From positions 129,458,001-129,522,000 of the forward strand of contig NC_058368.1 of the NCBI RefSeq assembly GCF_018350175.1: 64,000 nt of DNA, read 5' to 3'. A program made the translations under genes and the position numbers. The notes under the pieces were generated by a model. That model did not search any database. It saw only the letters and a list, made by a program, of their open reading frames with translations, and was not told the origin of the DNA. Positions within the stretch are counted from its first letter, which is position 1. Each line of letters starts with the position of its first letter. This document shows positions 52,205-64,000 of this stretch, in pieces. The DNA comes from Felis catus (Eukaryota).

Positions 52205-52753
52205 AACAAGATATGGAAGTATCCTAAGTGTTTGTTGATGGATGAACAGACAAAGAAAATAGATAAAAACGTACATGCAATGGAATATCACTCAGCCTTT
52301 AAAAAGGCCACTTGCAACAACATAGATGAAACTGGAGCGTCTTACGCTAAGAGAAGTAAGTCAGACACAGACAAATACTGCGTGATCTCACATGTGGAAT
52401 CTGAAAAAGTCCAACTCATAGAGGTAGAGGGTAGAATGGTAGTTGCCAGGCTGGGAGATGGAAAGATGCTGGTCAAAAAGTAGAAAGTTTCAGTTATGCC
52501 GTATGAATAGGTCCTGGACACCTAGTGCACAGCATGGTGACTATGGTAAGTAATACTGTATTGTTAACGTGAAATTTGCTAGGAGTAGATCTCACGTGAT
52601 TTCACCACAAAAAAAAGGTAACTGTGTGATGATGGATGATTAGCTTGATTGTAGCAATCATTTTACAATCTTTATGCATAGAACATGTTGTATCCCTTAA
52701 GTACTATATAAACAATTTTTATTTGTTGATTATACCTCAGTAAAGCTGGGAAA
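52205..52753 (+). mobile_element. L1MA-type 3' end
   Basis: atggaatatcactcagcctttaaaaag; acagcatggtgactat; gaaatttgctaggagtagatct; ends ttatacctcagtaaagctgggaaa. Confidence 0.88.
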
Positions 52754-54118
52754 GATAGTAGATATTCATGAGGGGGGAAAAGGAAGCGAGACTAGGATTC
52801 CACCATTGATGTCCTTTCTCCAAAAACCAAGGTCCTTCCACTATGCCTTTAGCAGAGGGTGATGCCCAGGGTCCTTTGAAGATCCCTGAAATCAAAATAT
52901 GTGGACATGATTCCACTTTTCCCATGACTGAATGCCAGTTGTCCCCATCCTGATGTTGTTCTGACCACTGTAGCCATGACAGGGAATTGATCCACACCTG
53001 CCTGGCTCACTTCCTTATGATGTCTCTGCCAGCATGTCTCTGCATGCAGATGTCTCTGCAAGTGGTAGGTGATGCTTATTCTGATGAGCACAAGCAGCAA
53101 GCTCTTGTGCTATGGCCAGATACAATTCAGCTCCCCTACTTATGGGCAGAGAGAAGTCATATGTGTATTGTAAGCTGATAGAAACCAGCCCCCCCACATT
53201 CTGGGCCAAATAAGACTTGAGAGGGGTGGGCAGAAGAGAGAGAGAATGAGATCCCCTTCCACCATTCGACTCAAGGTCATATATCCTAACATGAGACTGA
53301 GAAAGGAGGTAGAAAATTGCCATTCTTGGGCCATCTCAGTCCTGGGGTGCTTTTTATAGTGACAGCATATCACCACATGGAGTTAATTCTAGCATTTAAG
53401 AGTATATTTTTTCATAAAATATAACCCTTCAATTCAAACCAACTTCAACCTGTGCTGAACAGAAGAAAGCAGTGGGCTGTTCAGTGCTGGAAGAAAAAGA
53501 GGTATGTTTTATACATCACCAATACAGTCCCTTCCTGAAGAGTTTTCCAGGGTAATTTGCACTACGGGACACATTTTCTTTGCATTCTGCCTTTAAAACC
53601 TAACCTCCAGTAAGATGTAAGTCCACTCTACGTTCAAACCATTATGGAGAACTCCCTTCTGCTTCTTTGATCTCTCCATATAATCTCTCACTTTTTGCTC
53701 TTCAAGTCCAAAGCCACAAGCTGTGTGTGGTGGTAAGAAACTCAGGGTTGATGAAAGAGTTGGCTGGGGCTCAGAACACATGGCTTTTTTTTAAAATGAA
53801 AAACCATCTAGTACCATTCTTCATTCATTCTACCAGCCTTTTTTGAGCACCTACTTATGAGCCAGATTCTTTACTAGAAACAGGGTACAAGAGTTGTGAC
53901 CTAATTCGTGACCTGGTAAGTTTTATTCTGGAAGAAAGCACAGAGTACATGGTTTTCTCTGTATTATATAAGGCATGTCATGGGCTACATTAGCATTTTG
54001 TTCTCATCCTGCCATTAAATTCACTTTAATCCTTGGTACATTAAAGTATTGGTAATATTACTCCAAAGTTATTTCAGTAGCAAAAAGAACAAACTCTTGC
54101 ACTCTTTACATGCTCATT

Positions 54119-54180
54119 TGTTATGGGCTGACTGTTTGTGGTCCCCTCCAAATTTATACATTGAAGTCCTAATCTCCAGT
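54119..54180 (+). mobile_element. MLT1A-type LTR 5' stub
   Basis: tgttatgggctgactgtttgtggtcccctccaaatttatacattgaagtcctaatctccagt. Confidence 0.7.
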
Positions 54181-56320
54181 CCTGTCTCTCCTGTTTTGCC
54201 ATCATTTTTTTAACCACCCCCCCCAACACACAAAGAAATCTGAGATATAGTACTCTCCAAGTCAAAAAGCATTGACAGCTTGTCTGTTTACTAAAATCCT
54301 TATATGAATGCCTCTGTCCAGCCCTCTGTAACATACTCGCAACCTCCTTTGCTTGCCTTCTTGCTGATGGCTCCCCTGGCTTTACAGTGGAGACGTGGGG
54401 CTCTCCAAGCATCCCCATGCTCCTGTTTCCTGCCTCCACACAGATCTCTCTGTGTCCTCCCTCTGGAATGTCCTCCTGCCTATATTTACCATCAAGGTTC
54501 ATCTCAATAGCCATGAACCAGTCTCTGATCTCACCAACCATACGTGACTTTTCCATCCTTTGAATTTCATTTGAGCATCCCTTTTGGAATTTCTCTGACT
54601 TCACCTTCCATTGAGTTATGTTTGCAGTGTCTTAGACCTTCTCCTAGACTGTGGGTTCTTTAAAAACTGAGGGTGCTGCTTGGTCAATATGCTGCTCTGC
54701 CATTAGTAGGCAATTAAAGAGTCCCAGAATGAGGCTATGCATTTCTAAATCATTTGAAAGCAATCTCCAACCATACCTTTCCTTCTTGACTCTTTGAAGC
54801 ATTGGTCATTCTCTGTATACATAATACAGGTATCTAATTGTGTGCTAGAAAATCTAAATTGGGATAGCCAAAGTTAAAACTCAGAATATTCCATGTAAAT
54901 AGCCAGAGTCTCGTATTCTGTTAGAACGCTGAAAAATCTGAGGACCCTGGATCTCCCCTCACAGTGACCCTTGGAAAGAGCAGATTTGCAGCTGCCTTCT
55001 TTGCAGGTCATATGCCTGCTCCAGTCCTCCACAGTTACCTGTGTCACCCACCAGGTCCCCTGGTTGTTTGAATTTGCAAGCCCCTGGTCTAAATCATGTG
55101 TGGCTTTTGCCATTTCCAAAGAACCTAGCTTTGGATGTTGGGCAGAACAAAAATCCTACACTTAAAGCCTTGCAAGTCATTTTTTAAAAAATGCACTCCT
55201 CTGAATACTAACACTGAGAATCCTGAATGATTTCTTGATGTACTTCTTCTTTCTGAAAAGGTGTCTCCAAGTACCTTTAGAAATTATAAATCGACAGCAC
55301 GAAAGTCAGCAGCACAAAGGCAGCATGAAAGTCACTTCAATGAATATAAAAATAAAACAAAATTGTAACATGTGAAAATGTCAAACCCTCATTAAAATAC
55401 TGGAAATGTCATTTAATAAAAGAAGCTTGGAGATTCACATTGTTAAACTGAGATACTGAGGAACCTTATGCACATATTTTTAACACATAATCAAGAGAAA
55501 GAACTGAACTGGGAACTGTAAGGAAAATAATTTTGCCATATGCACCCCAAAATGTAGTAAATAAACAATGAGCAGAGATATGTATTTACTCTTTGAATAC
55601 AACATCAGGTCCCCAGAGCTGTGCGACAAGTCAACAGTGTGTATTGCATTGAGAAAAAGAACTCACTTTATTAAACATCGACAACAAAATCCTCCACAAA
55701 TGTCTTCTCTAATAGAAATCACCTTCACTGCTAATTCGAAATTTGGAGGAATAGCCTTTTATTAAACTACTTACAAATAGCTTTTTAGACGTCAGAATAT
55801 ATAATCATAAATCAAGCCAAGATTATTGCATTAGCCTCAAATAGACTCAGTCAGAGAACCGCAGTGGAGGTTTTTTAATGCCCTTCCTTCCAATTTTACC
55901 CATAATACCTTGCAATGCAACTTAATTTTGATATTGAGTCTTTCATAAAAGTTCTATCTTTACTAACTCAGATAACACTGTTAGAAAATTTAAATGAAAA
56001 ACGAAACATGGCAAGGAGAAAAAATTAACAGAGATAGTCAAGGGACTCCAGTTACAGCTTCGAGTGAAAATAGAAAATATATGGAAAGTCAATGATGAAG
56101 TGAGACAGAAAAGCAGGCTCCTATGTTTAAGCTGCGTAGTAAGTGAATTTTCACCAGCTGTGGCCTACTGGCTTGAATAAACAGAATAGAGATCATGGAA
56201 GAAGTCTGCCATAGCATGAGGGAGTAGCAGGAAAGCATACAAAACAAAATGGGCATTATAATCGGACTTTGCAATGATCTTTGAGTGCATTTCCAACCAG
56301 AGAGTGTATCTGAATGGCCG

Positions 56321-56473
56321 AGAGCATAGCTTTGGAGTTGGATTTCCTGGTGAGAGAGGGCAAGTTACTCTCTGTCCCTCTGTTTCCTTATCTATAAATT
56401 GGAAATGACAATGCCCTGCCACGGAGCTATTGTGTGGTTAAGGGAGTTAATGCATGCAACATACTTAGGACAG
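56321..56473 (+). mobile_element. MIR SINE
   Basis: gggcaagttactctctgtccctctgtttccttatctataaattgg. Confidence 0.75.
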
Positions 56474-56682
56474 CTCTTGTTACCCTGGCATCCTTCATGT
56501 TGGCATCAAGGTAGATTGATACATTGAAAAGTCTCAATAGGTATTAAGCTTCAGAACAAGTGCGCTCAATCTGTTGACTTATTCCCTTTGAAAAGGAACG
56601 TACAATGAAACAAGTCATAAAATAAAAATCCAACATTTTGGAGCAAGAAAATAAAAAAGATCTTTAAAAAAAACAAAAAAGA

Positions 56683-56819
56683 GGGGTGCCTGGGTGGCTC
56701 AGTTGGTTAAGCGGCCGACTTTGGCTCAAGTCATGATCTCATGGTTCGTGGTTTGGAGCCCCACATCAGGCTCTTTGCTAACAGCTTGGAGCCTGGAGCC
56801 TGCTTTGGATTCTGTATCT

Positions 56820-56861
<42 letters not shown>

Positions 56862-56923
56862 CTTCCCTGATCACACTCCATCTCTGTTTCTCTTTCAAAA
56901 ATAAACAATAAAAAAAAAAAAAA
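56683..56923 (+). mobile_element. Felid SINE with expanded (CT)n tract
   Basis: ggggtgcctgggtggctcagttggttaagc head, (CT)n and A tail. Confidence 0.95.
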
Positions 56924-57557
56924 CAACCAAAGGAACCACTTAAAGCCAAAAGCAAATGGATCTAGAACTACTGGACCAGAATAAAATCAAAACATCAAGG
57001 TGTTTTCCAAACTAGAAGTAAAATGGTTTTTTAGGTAGGTTCAGTCTCTGGGAGAGAGGCAAATAGCTATGCACACAAAGTCAAATGATTAATTTGTTAT
57101 CAGAGACAAGCTGTGAGTCTAGTTTTATTGTTCGTCTTTTCCACATTTGGATGTGTTGTGCTCCTCTTCCATGATCTGGCTTTTCCGTTCAGCCCTTGCC
57201 ATAGACATGTTTATTTGGAGAGGTATTTGCCCTTTGCTCACAGTGGATTTGGTGGCAGTGGATCACAGGTGGTGCCGCAGAGTATCTGTGTTCCAAGGAA
57301 ATGGTTCTGACTGGAGGCCAAAGCAGTTCTCAGAAACCATTTAAAGACCTTATGTGGAGACGAGGCCAGACTCATCAAGCAGACATCAGTGGACTCTGAT
57401 AACAAGAAACAAAGGAACTAGAGGAGTCTCACACCTACCTGGAGAGCAAAGATCAGGACCTGCTGTGAGTACAAGTGACAGGAACAGACAAGAACCAAAA
57501 AGGAAACAAAACAAGTATCCAAAGCTCCAGACAATGTATCAAGAACCATGCTATCCA

Positions 57558-57789
57558 GGGGCGCCTGGGTGGCGCAGTCGGTTGGGCGTCCGACTTCAGC
57601 CAGGTCACGATCTCGCGGTCCGTGAGTTCGAGCCCCGCGTCAGGCTCTGGGCTGATGGCTCGGAGCCTGGAGCCTGTTTCCGATTCTGTGTCTCCCTCTC
57701 TCTCTGCCCCTCCCCCGTTCATGCTCTGTCTCTCTCTGTCCCAAAAATAAATAAACGTTGAAAAAAGAAAAATTAAAAAAAAAAAAAAA
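57558..57789 (+). mobile_element. Very young felid SINE (SINEC_Fc type)
   Basis: CpGs intact, long A tail, perfect TSD aagaaccatgctatcca at 57541-57557 and 57790-57806. Confidence 0.98.
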
Positions 57790-60606
57790 AAGAACCATGC
57801 TATCCAGAACAGAACCGGTACATATGAGTAGGTCCATAGATAAATGCAGCGATTAATGACTGAGTAAATAAATGAAAGAAGGGATCATGGGAAAGCAAGC
57901 AATAGGACAGATAGAGGTGTGGGTGGGGAAGGTGGTCCTTGGTAACACATGAAACTGGCAAGGAGCCTCCTTTAAGATTGGAGGGGTGATCACGTGTGGC
58001 TAGCCAGGGAAATGCCAGTGTGAGTACACAACGCATTGTGCTTGCTTCAGTAGGGAGTAAGAGGGAAAAAACCAAATTGTCATTTATAACCTACCTCTCC
58101 TAAACCTAAACAGCTTCTTCCCTTTGCCAAGTGCCCTTTTCTTCACAGGTCTCTAAGCAGCCCTTTGCAATGCCAGCTCCCCAGGTTCCAGCTAGGTCTC
58201 ATGGGAACGGCACGACGCTGCTCCACTGTTGGTTATTCTCCAGGGCGAAATTCTCTGGGGTCTACCTTATTCCATTCCATTCTTGGCCTTGTTTAGGACA
58301 AAGGAGGGAGGGAAGGAAAAGGAGGAAAAAGGATAGTAATTTTTTTTTTACAGATTTAAGTTGAGCTTTATTGAGAGGAAGAAACCAAGAATGTGTATAA
58401 ATGAAAGAATGCTGTTCCTTCATATCTCAGTCTTTGTCAATATTCCTTATCCAGGATTTCCTAAGAATGGGGCCAGGGGATCGATGGTGTTGCAAGATCT
58501 CTCCTTAGGACCGAGCCCCTCATTTCCCCAGCTGCTTCAGCCGCTGACAACTTTTGATAGAAATTGCCTTTGGCCACAGGGCCATGCCTCCTCCCAGAGA
58601 GGAGCCCACAGCCAGTGACTAGATGATACAGAGATACAAAGATCGTCTCAGTCTCCAAGTGCCATGTAGGATCAGCAGTGCTGCAGGGTGCAGTGCAAAT
58701 CCGCTACCACTCCTGACTTGCTCACTTCCCTGCAAGAAGCACACAATTGTCTGCCTCCGAACCTGTTTCCAGAGAGCCCAATCTAAGACATGGCATACCA
58801 TGTTTAGAGACACGGTCATAGAAATTCCAATAGGAGAGAAAATAGACCTGCCGTCTATGCTACTTCAACCAACCATTGACCAGATAGTCATGATGTCTGG
58901 GGATGGTTAGCTTAAAGGAAGCCTTCTAAGCAGCAGAATTACATTTGGAAAAAAACAAAGCTCCCTTCCCCATGAGAAAGATAACAAAAGAAAGGAAGCT
59001 ATCACAACAAGGACACAACTGCTACCTAGCAATAGTTTACGATTTCTCACATTGCTATGTAATTGGGATGTTCTCTCATTAAATATACAATAACATATAA
59101 TCCCTTACTGAATCCAAACAATTTCAGTAATGTTATAACCCTCAAAAACTCAGCATGAGTAGTTTATGTAAAGCAGCAGATAGATGGACTTAACGACTGG
59201 CTTGGGATTTGGTAAAACTGCGTGGTGGTATTTGGATGATTGTGTCCAGGAATAATTGTTTCATTCATATTGAATACCAGGAAGGCCTTAGGAATTAAAT
59301 AATTTATACTGAATTAAGTTAAATAATCTAGCCAACAAACCTAATGAATCATGAACTGCATTCTGATTGGTGGAGAAAAGACATTAGCCCCCAGAGAGTA
59401 GCTGTTTTCTCTACATAACCATCCAGGCATGCTACAGATAAATTTGCAAGTTGGCCAATATAGTTGCAAAAGATGAACCAACTGTACGAGATAGATACTG
59501 AATTCCCCAGAGTCTGAGCTGACCAGTGCTGACTTGGTGGTGAATACTAAAAAATTATTACAGAAACAATTTAAAGTTATGAACTCAATTTTATCAAATT
59601 TATGAAATCAATTCAAGTTATGCAACTGGAGAAATTAACCGTGCTGTTCATTGTAAGACTGTTAATTACTGTTAGAGAGAAGTGTGCCTTTAAAGAGACA
59701 TACTTAAAGCAGAAATGTTAGATTGGCTTCTGTCAAAATATTGAGCATCCATAATGGTAAGGAATAGTCCAGGATGACAGTGGGACAATTTCTATGAAAT
59801 ATATATAAAATTACCTTTTATTTGCTGTAGCCATTTCGAATAGTCAACACTGAATATTATTTATCTCTGAAGATCTTGAAGAATATCACATAAAAGCTAA
59901 AGAATGAATGAAAAAGATAACTAGATGTTTGACATGTTTTCAATAAACACAGGTAATTTAAGAACTTACATGAGCTCTGCATGATGCCTGGGTGGGATTG
60001 TCATTATGTTATAAGCTGGACGTTACAGAGTGTGTCCCCCTGAAGCTTTCGATTTCTCCAGGGAGGCTGTTTTCTTTTAGGAAAATAGCCACAGTATCAA
60101 AAGTCTTGCTGGGTCTGTAGCTAAGAGGCCCAGGAGGATGCTTTCCTTGGCAGCCGTCACCAGGACCCATAGAGAAGAGCTGTCTTTTCTGTTGCATTCT
60201 TTTTTTCCCAAAAGAGTTGAAATCATGATTAAAAACACCAAACATAAGATTTGCTAATTACCAAGTTTATTAAAGGAATACATAAGTTGAACAAAATTTT
60301 AAGACATCAGAAGACCTACCTGTCTTTCTCTTTAAGTGACTAGAAGTCACTACATTTTCTAATGCAGGGTAGAACATAACTTTGCAGGTTTTTTAGCTGT
60401 ATAATTTTTTCCCAAGCATTCTGAGACTATATATACTTTAGGTTTATAGGTCATCTCTTTTTACCTGTTGGTTGCTTTTCTTTCCTTTCTTTAATAGAAG
60501 GCTTTATTTACCTCCCTGCCACATATCCATAGGAAGGGTATAATCACCTTTCTGGATGTCTGGTCCAAAGGCCCTGCTGTCTCATTTTTAAGAGTGTCTA
60601 CATCTA

Positions 60607-60830
60607 GGGGCGCCTGGGTGGCTCACTTGGTTAAGCGTCCAACTTCAGCTCAGGTCATGATCTCACGGTTTGTGGGTTCGAGCCCCACATCAGGCTCTGT
60701 GCTGACAGCTCAGAACCTGAAGCCTGCTTTGGATTCTGTGTCTCCCTCTCTCTCTGTTCCTCCCCTGCTCATGCCCTGTCTCTCTCTGTCTCTCAAAAAT
60801 AAATAAATGTAAAAAAATTTTTTTTTAAAA
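60607..60830 (+). mobile_element. Felid SINE with 16-bp TSD
   Basis: TSD aaga(g/a)tgtctacatct at 60590-60605 and 60831-60846. Confidence 0.96.
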
Positions 60831-60979
60831 AAGAATGTCTACATCTGGGTTTTCAGCACACATTCTTCTCATCTCATAGGGTGGATGTGCTTATCACAAG
60901 TTGGGTGTGACAGATAGATTTCCACGGGGGAATAAAACTGAGGATGTTTCTGAAAATCACACTTAAGAAATCAGAAAAT

Positions 60980-61168
60980 GGGGGCACGTAGGTGGCTCAT
61001 TGGGTTAAGCGTCCAATTCTTGGTTTTGGGTTAGGTCATGATCTCACGTTTCGTGAGTTCCAGGCCCACAGCAGACTCCACACATGAGTGCGGAGCCTGC
61101 TTGGGGTTCTTTCTCTCTGTCCCTCCCCTACTCATAATCTCTTTCTCTCCCATAATAAATAAACTTAA
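60980..61168 (+). mobile_element. Older carnivore SINE
   Basis: Diverged head ggggcacgtaggtggctcattgggttaagcgtcc and tail aataaataaacttaaaa. Confidence 0.9.
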
Positions 61169-61519
61169 AAAGATCAGAAAGACATTTAACATTATTTACT
61201 TAGAAATGCATTTTAATAAGTATTAGTAACATCACACACTAAGATATCGCACAGCGCAGAACCAGAAACTGTTGTAACAGTGTTAGGAAGGCAGAGATAG
61301 AGACAGAGAGAGAGAGACAAACTTCATCTGACAGGAATGCAACAAGAAAAAAATGTTTAGTAATAGTTGCTTTGAACAGCTTTCTCCCTGGTTTTTCATC
61401 CACACATGCTGGCATCTTTTTAGACAATGTTAGAAGGGGTGACGACCTTGTCATTTGATATTAGTAATGGTAGTGCCGTGGTTACTGCAATCAAAAAGCA
61501 ATGTCTTCGTTCATTTGGA

Positions 61520-61890
61520 CCCCCCACCACTCACTGGTTATGTGACTTTGGGCAAGTTTTCTCAAGGCATTTCATTCACCTGTCTTCATGACACCCAACG
61601 CGATGTGACTTGACTTATTTACTTACTGCTTTGCTTTGTTATCTCTCTCGACTCAAATATTTCCTTGATGGCAGAAATTGTGTCCTTTCTGTCTCTCCCA
61701 AACACCTAGAATGCACATAGGAGTCACGAAAATATTTCATGAAGGAATGAAGAAGTTAATAAATTTCCTTAAGTCCCAGCATCTTTGTCTGTGAAAGTAA
61801 TACTACCTGCCACCTTAGAAGGATAAGTTAGCATGCATAAATGAGTTAACATAGAGAGCAAAGCACAGTACCTGAGTATTATTAAGCAAA
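61520..61890 (+). mobile_element. MIR and L2-tail fragments
   Basis: tgtgactttgggcaagtt (MIR); gaaaatatttcatgaaggaatgaa (L2 tail); aaatgagttaacata...agcacagtacctg (MIR). Confidence 0.55.
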
Positions 61891-62660
61891 TGTGCAACAG
61901 TTTCTTTCCTATCTTCCTCCCCATTGCAAACCAGGTTAGCCTCGGGGTACGTTTACAGTGGTGATCCTCAACCATAATATGTCCTTCTTAAAATAAATAT
62001 TTTATAAAGTCCTTTGTACTATCCTAAAGTGTAAGTCACAGATACATAACCTACTTGTCAACATAATTTCAAAAAATCTTGTTACATAAAGACGAAATTT
62101 TAAAGTGATGTGTGAAAAAAAAAAACTCAAGTGTTTTGACATTTAAATGTTCAGATTTGACTATACTAAAAGACCAAAAAGTCAAAAATTTCCAATATTC
62201 TCCCTGGAGTGAGTACCATGCCCAAGGATAACTGCTGGTTTGTCCTTTGCTGATGAGAAGTCATTAAAATAAAAGCTAAACAAGGTGGAAGAAAGGACAT
62301 GAGAACCAGAAAATTACATCAGAAAAAAATAAGATGCCCTGGGAAGGTGTCCCCCTTTACAGCTGGGCAAGTTATTATGAAGCCCAGGGACCAGCAGAAG
62401 AGCCCCTGAGTTTTCACATGCTGCCTGGGAAGTCTACAAAATTATCTTCTGTCAAACCTAATACTGCAAAATGCACTTGTGTACTCACCAATGCACAAAA
62501 TGTTGGAGACACAAAGAAACCTACAGATCATTGGCTTCAACCTCTTTGTTTTATGAGTGAGGAGATGGAGTCCAGTGAGCATTAGTGAGAAGCCTTTTTG
62601 CCTGTTCACCAGATCACATCTTAGTATAATGAATGATGAATCCACTTGAATTAGGGATAC

Positions 62661-62870
62661 TGTATGTCTTGCATCAAGCTGCTATAACAGAATGCCACAG
62701 ATCACGTGGCTTATAAACAACATCTGGAGGCTTGAAGTCTGAGATTATGATGTCAGCATGACCAGGTTCTATGGAGGGCCCTCTTGTAATTGCATCCTCC
62801 AACGGTGGAAGGGGTGTCTTTTGTAGAGGCGCTAATCCCGTTCATGAGGGTCCTGCCTTGTGACCTATGA
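62661..62870 (-). mobile_element. MLT1A-type LTR fragment
   Basis: gctgctataacagaatgccacagatcacgtggcttataaacaaca...ctaatcccgttcatgagggt. Confidence 0.78.
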
Positions 62871-63204
62871 CCAGTGGTTAGCAGCTGGAACCTGAAGAAT
62901 ATTGAAAGTTTGATCACCTCTTTTTTCATGTCATGCAACAAACTGGAAAGTTCGCTGATCACACTCTTCTGTTTGTCCTCGTGGAGGATGCTAAAGAAAA
63001 CTACCTTGTCTTTGGTCTTGAGTAAACTGGGTGTTTTTCCTGTGATTTGTGGCAGGTGGATCTCGTTTTTCCAAGTCTGGTGTCAATTTTTAAAATGTAT
63101 TATATAGGTCCTCTCAATTACTGTGTGCTAATTAATGTGCTAAACTCTCTCCTAAAACATCAGGTCAGTTAATATGCCCTGCTTGCATCTGGGGCTTCCC
63201 CAGT

Positions 63205-63400
63205 ATTGTGGTACCAGCGTCAGTGTTAGGTCAAACAGAACTGAGCTTGAATTACAGCTTCCCTGTTTATTACTTGGATGACTGTGGGAAAATATTTATC
63301 TCCATAAGCCTCAGTTCTTTCATCTTAAATGGGAGTTGTAACTTCTACTTACTAGGTTATCAGAAAGATTTAAGTGAATTATGCATACTAAATACATGTT
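63205..63400 (+). mobile_element. MIR SINE
   Basis: gcctcagttctttcatcttaaatggg. Confidence 0.7.
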
Positions 63401-63883
63401 TACAAACATTTAAGGCTCTTCAAGCCCTTATCAACTAAAACTTTTTAAGGGTTTATTGTTATATAGATGTCTGAGTTTGGGAGCAAAGGGGTAGGTTCGT
63501 GTAATGTGGTCATTTAGTGGTATTCCCCCTTCCTAACATCACTTGGTTTCCCTTTTGTAGAATTGCTTCTTTGGTATTCCATGGGGCATTGGTGGGTTGG
63601 TAAATCCAGGTGCCCATTTCCCACTTAGAATCTAGAATCTAAGGAGGCCAGATCCTGCCTCTCCCTGGCCCAGGCAATCAGAGCCTGGGCTGGTGACTTT
63701 TAACATGGCCAAGCAGATACTCTCCTGGAGAAGTTGAATTTTGAGCATGGGCCAAAGAAATGGTTGAACTTAACTATTTCTTGTGGTAACAAAATTCCTC
63801 CTGCTGCAGCTAAAACTAAGGGCCTCCCCTTTATATCCCAGGAAAAGGTATTGAACCCACACAATCAAAAACAAACAAATAAA

Positions 63884-64000
63884 GGGGCACCTGGGTGGCG
63901 CAGTCGGTTAAGCGTCCGACTTCAGCCAGGTCACGATCTTGCGGTCTGTGAGTTCGAGCCCCGCGTCAGGCTCTGGGCTGATGGCTCAGAGCCTGGAGCC
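63884..64000 (+). mobile_element. Young felid SINE, cut by window end
   Basis: ggggcacctgggtggcgcagtcggttaagcgtccgacttcagccaggtcacgatc, the same diagnostic positions as the copies at 27994 and 57558. Confidence 0.97.

Noticed and set aside
54074..54604. 176-aa minus-strand ORF
   Set aside because: Runs antisense through L2-like and MLT1 remnants; no protein similarity recognised.
55295..55334. Degenerate cagca...aaag tandem units
   Set aside because: Three short imperfect copies, consistent with simple slippage.
57354..57837. Recurring similar peptides (such as MISRSVSSSP...) in several ORFs, resembling a gene family
   Set aside because: These are translations of SINE copies.
1..64000. CRISPR array, operon-like or prokaryotic/viral system, NUMT, intact ERV
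   Set aside because: No regularly spaced repeat-spacer array, no gene-dense region, and no mitochondrial or gag/pol/env-like coding sequence seen; the LTRs are solo or fragmentary.

Overview
Mammalian, non-coding DNA, almost certainly from a felid (cat family): it carries 13 carnivore tRNA-derived SINEs, several of young Felidae type, and a felid L1 3' end. These sit on older eutherian repeats (L1M, L2, MIR, MLT1/MLT2/MER21 LTRs, MER33). I found no protein-coding gene, RNA gene, processed pseudogene, CpG island, NUMT or intact retroelement. The supplied ORFs look like chance or repeat-derived frames. I cannot name the locus, which looks intergenic or deep intronic. I see no support for a new biological system. 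The best leads are modest: helically phased octamer/homeodomain motif clusters (36.2-37.5 kb), well-formed + strand non-coding exon candidates (20.6 and 22.1 kb), a regular (G12T)-type tract, a close inverted young SINE pair, a SINE/LTR fusion junction and a triply interrupted L1. Repeat names are from recalled consensus similarity, not a database search. Boundaries of old repeats are approximate (tens of bp).
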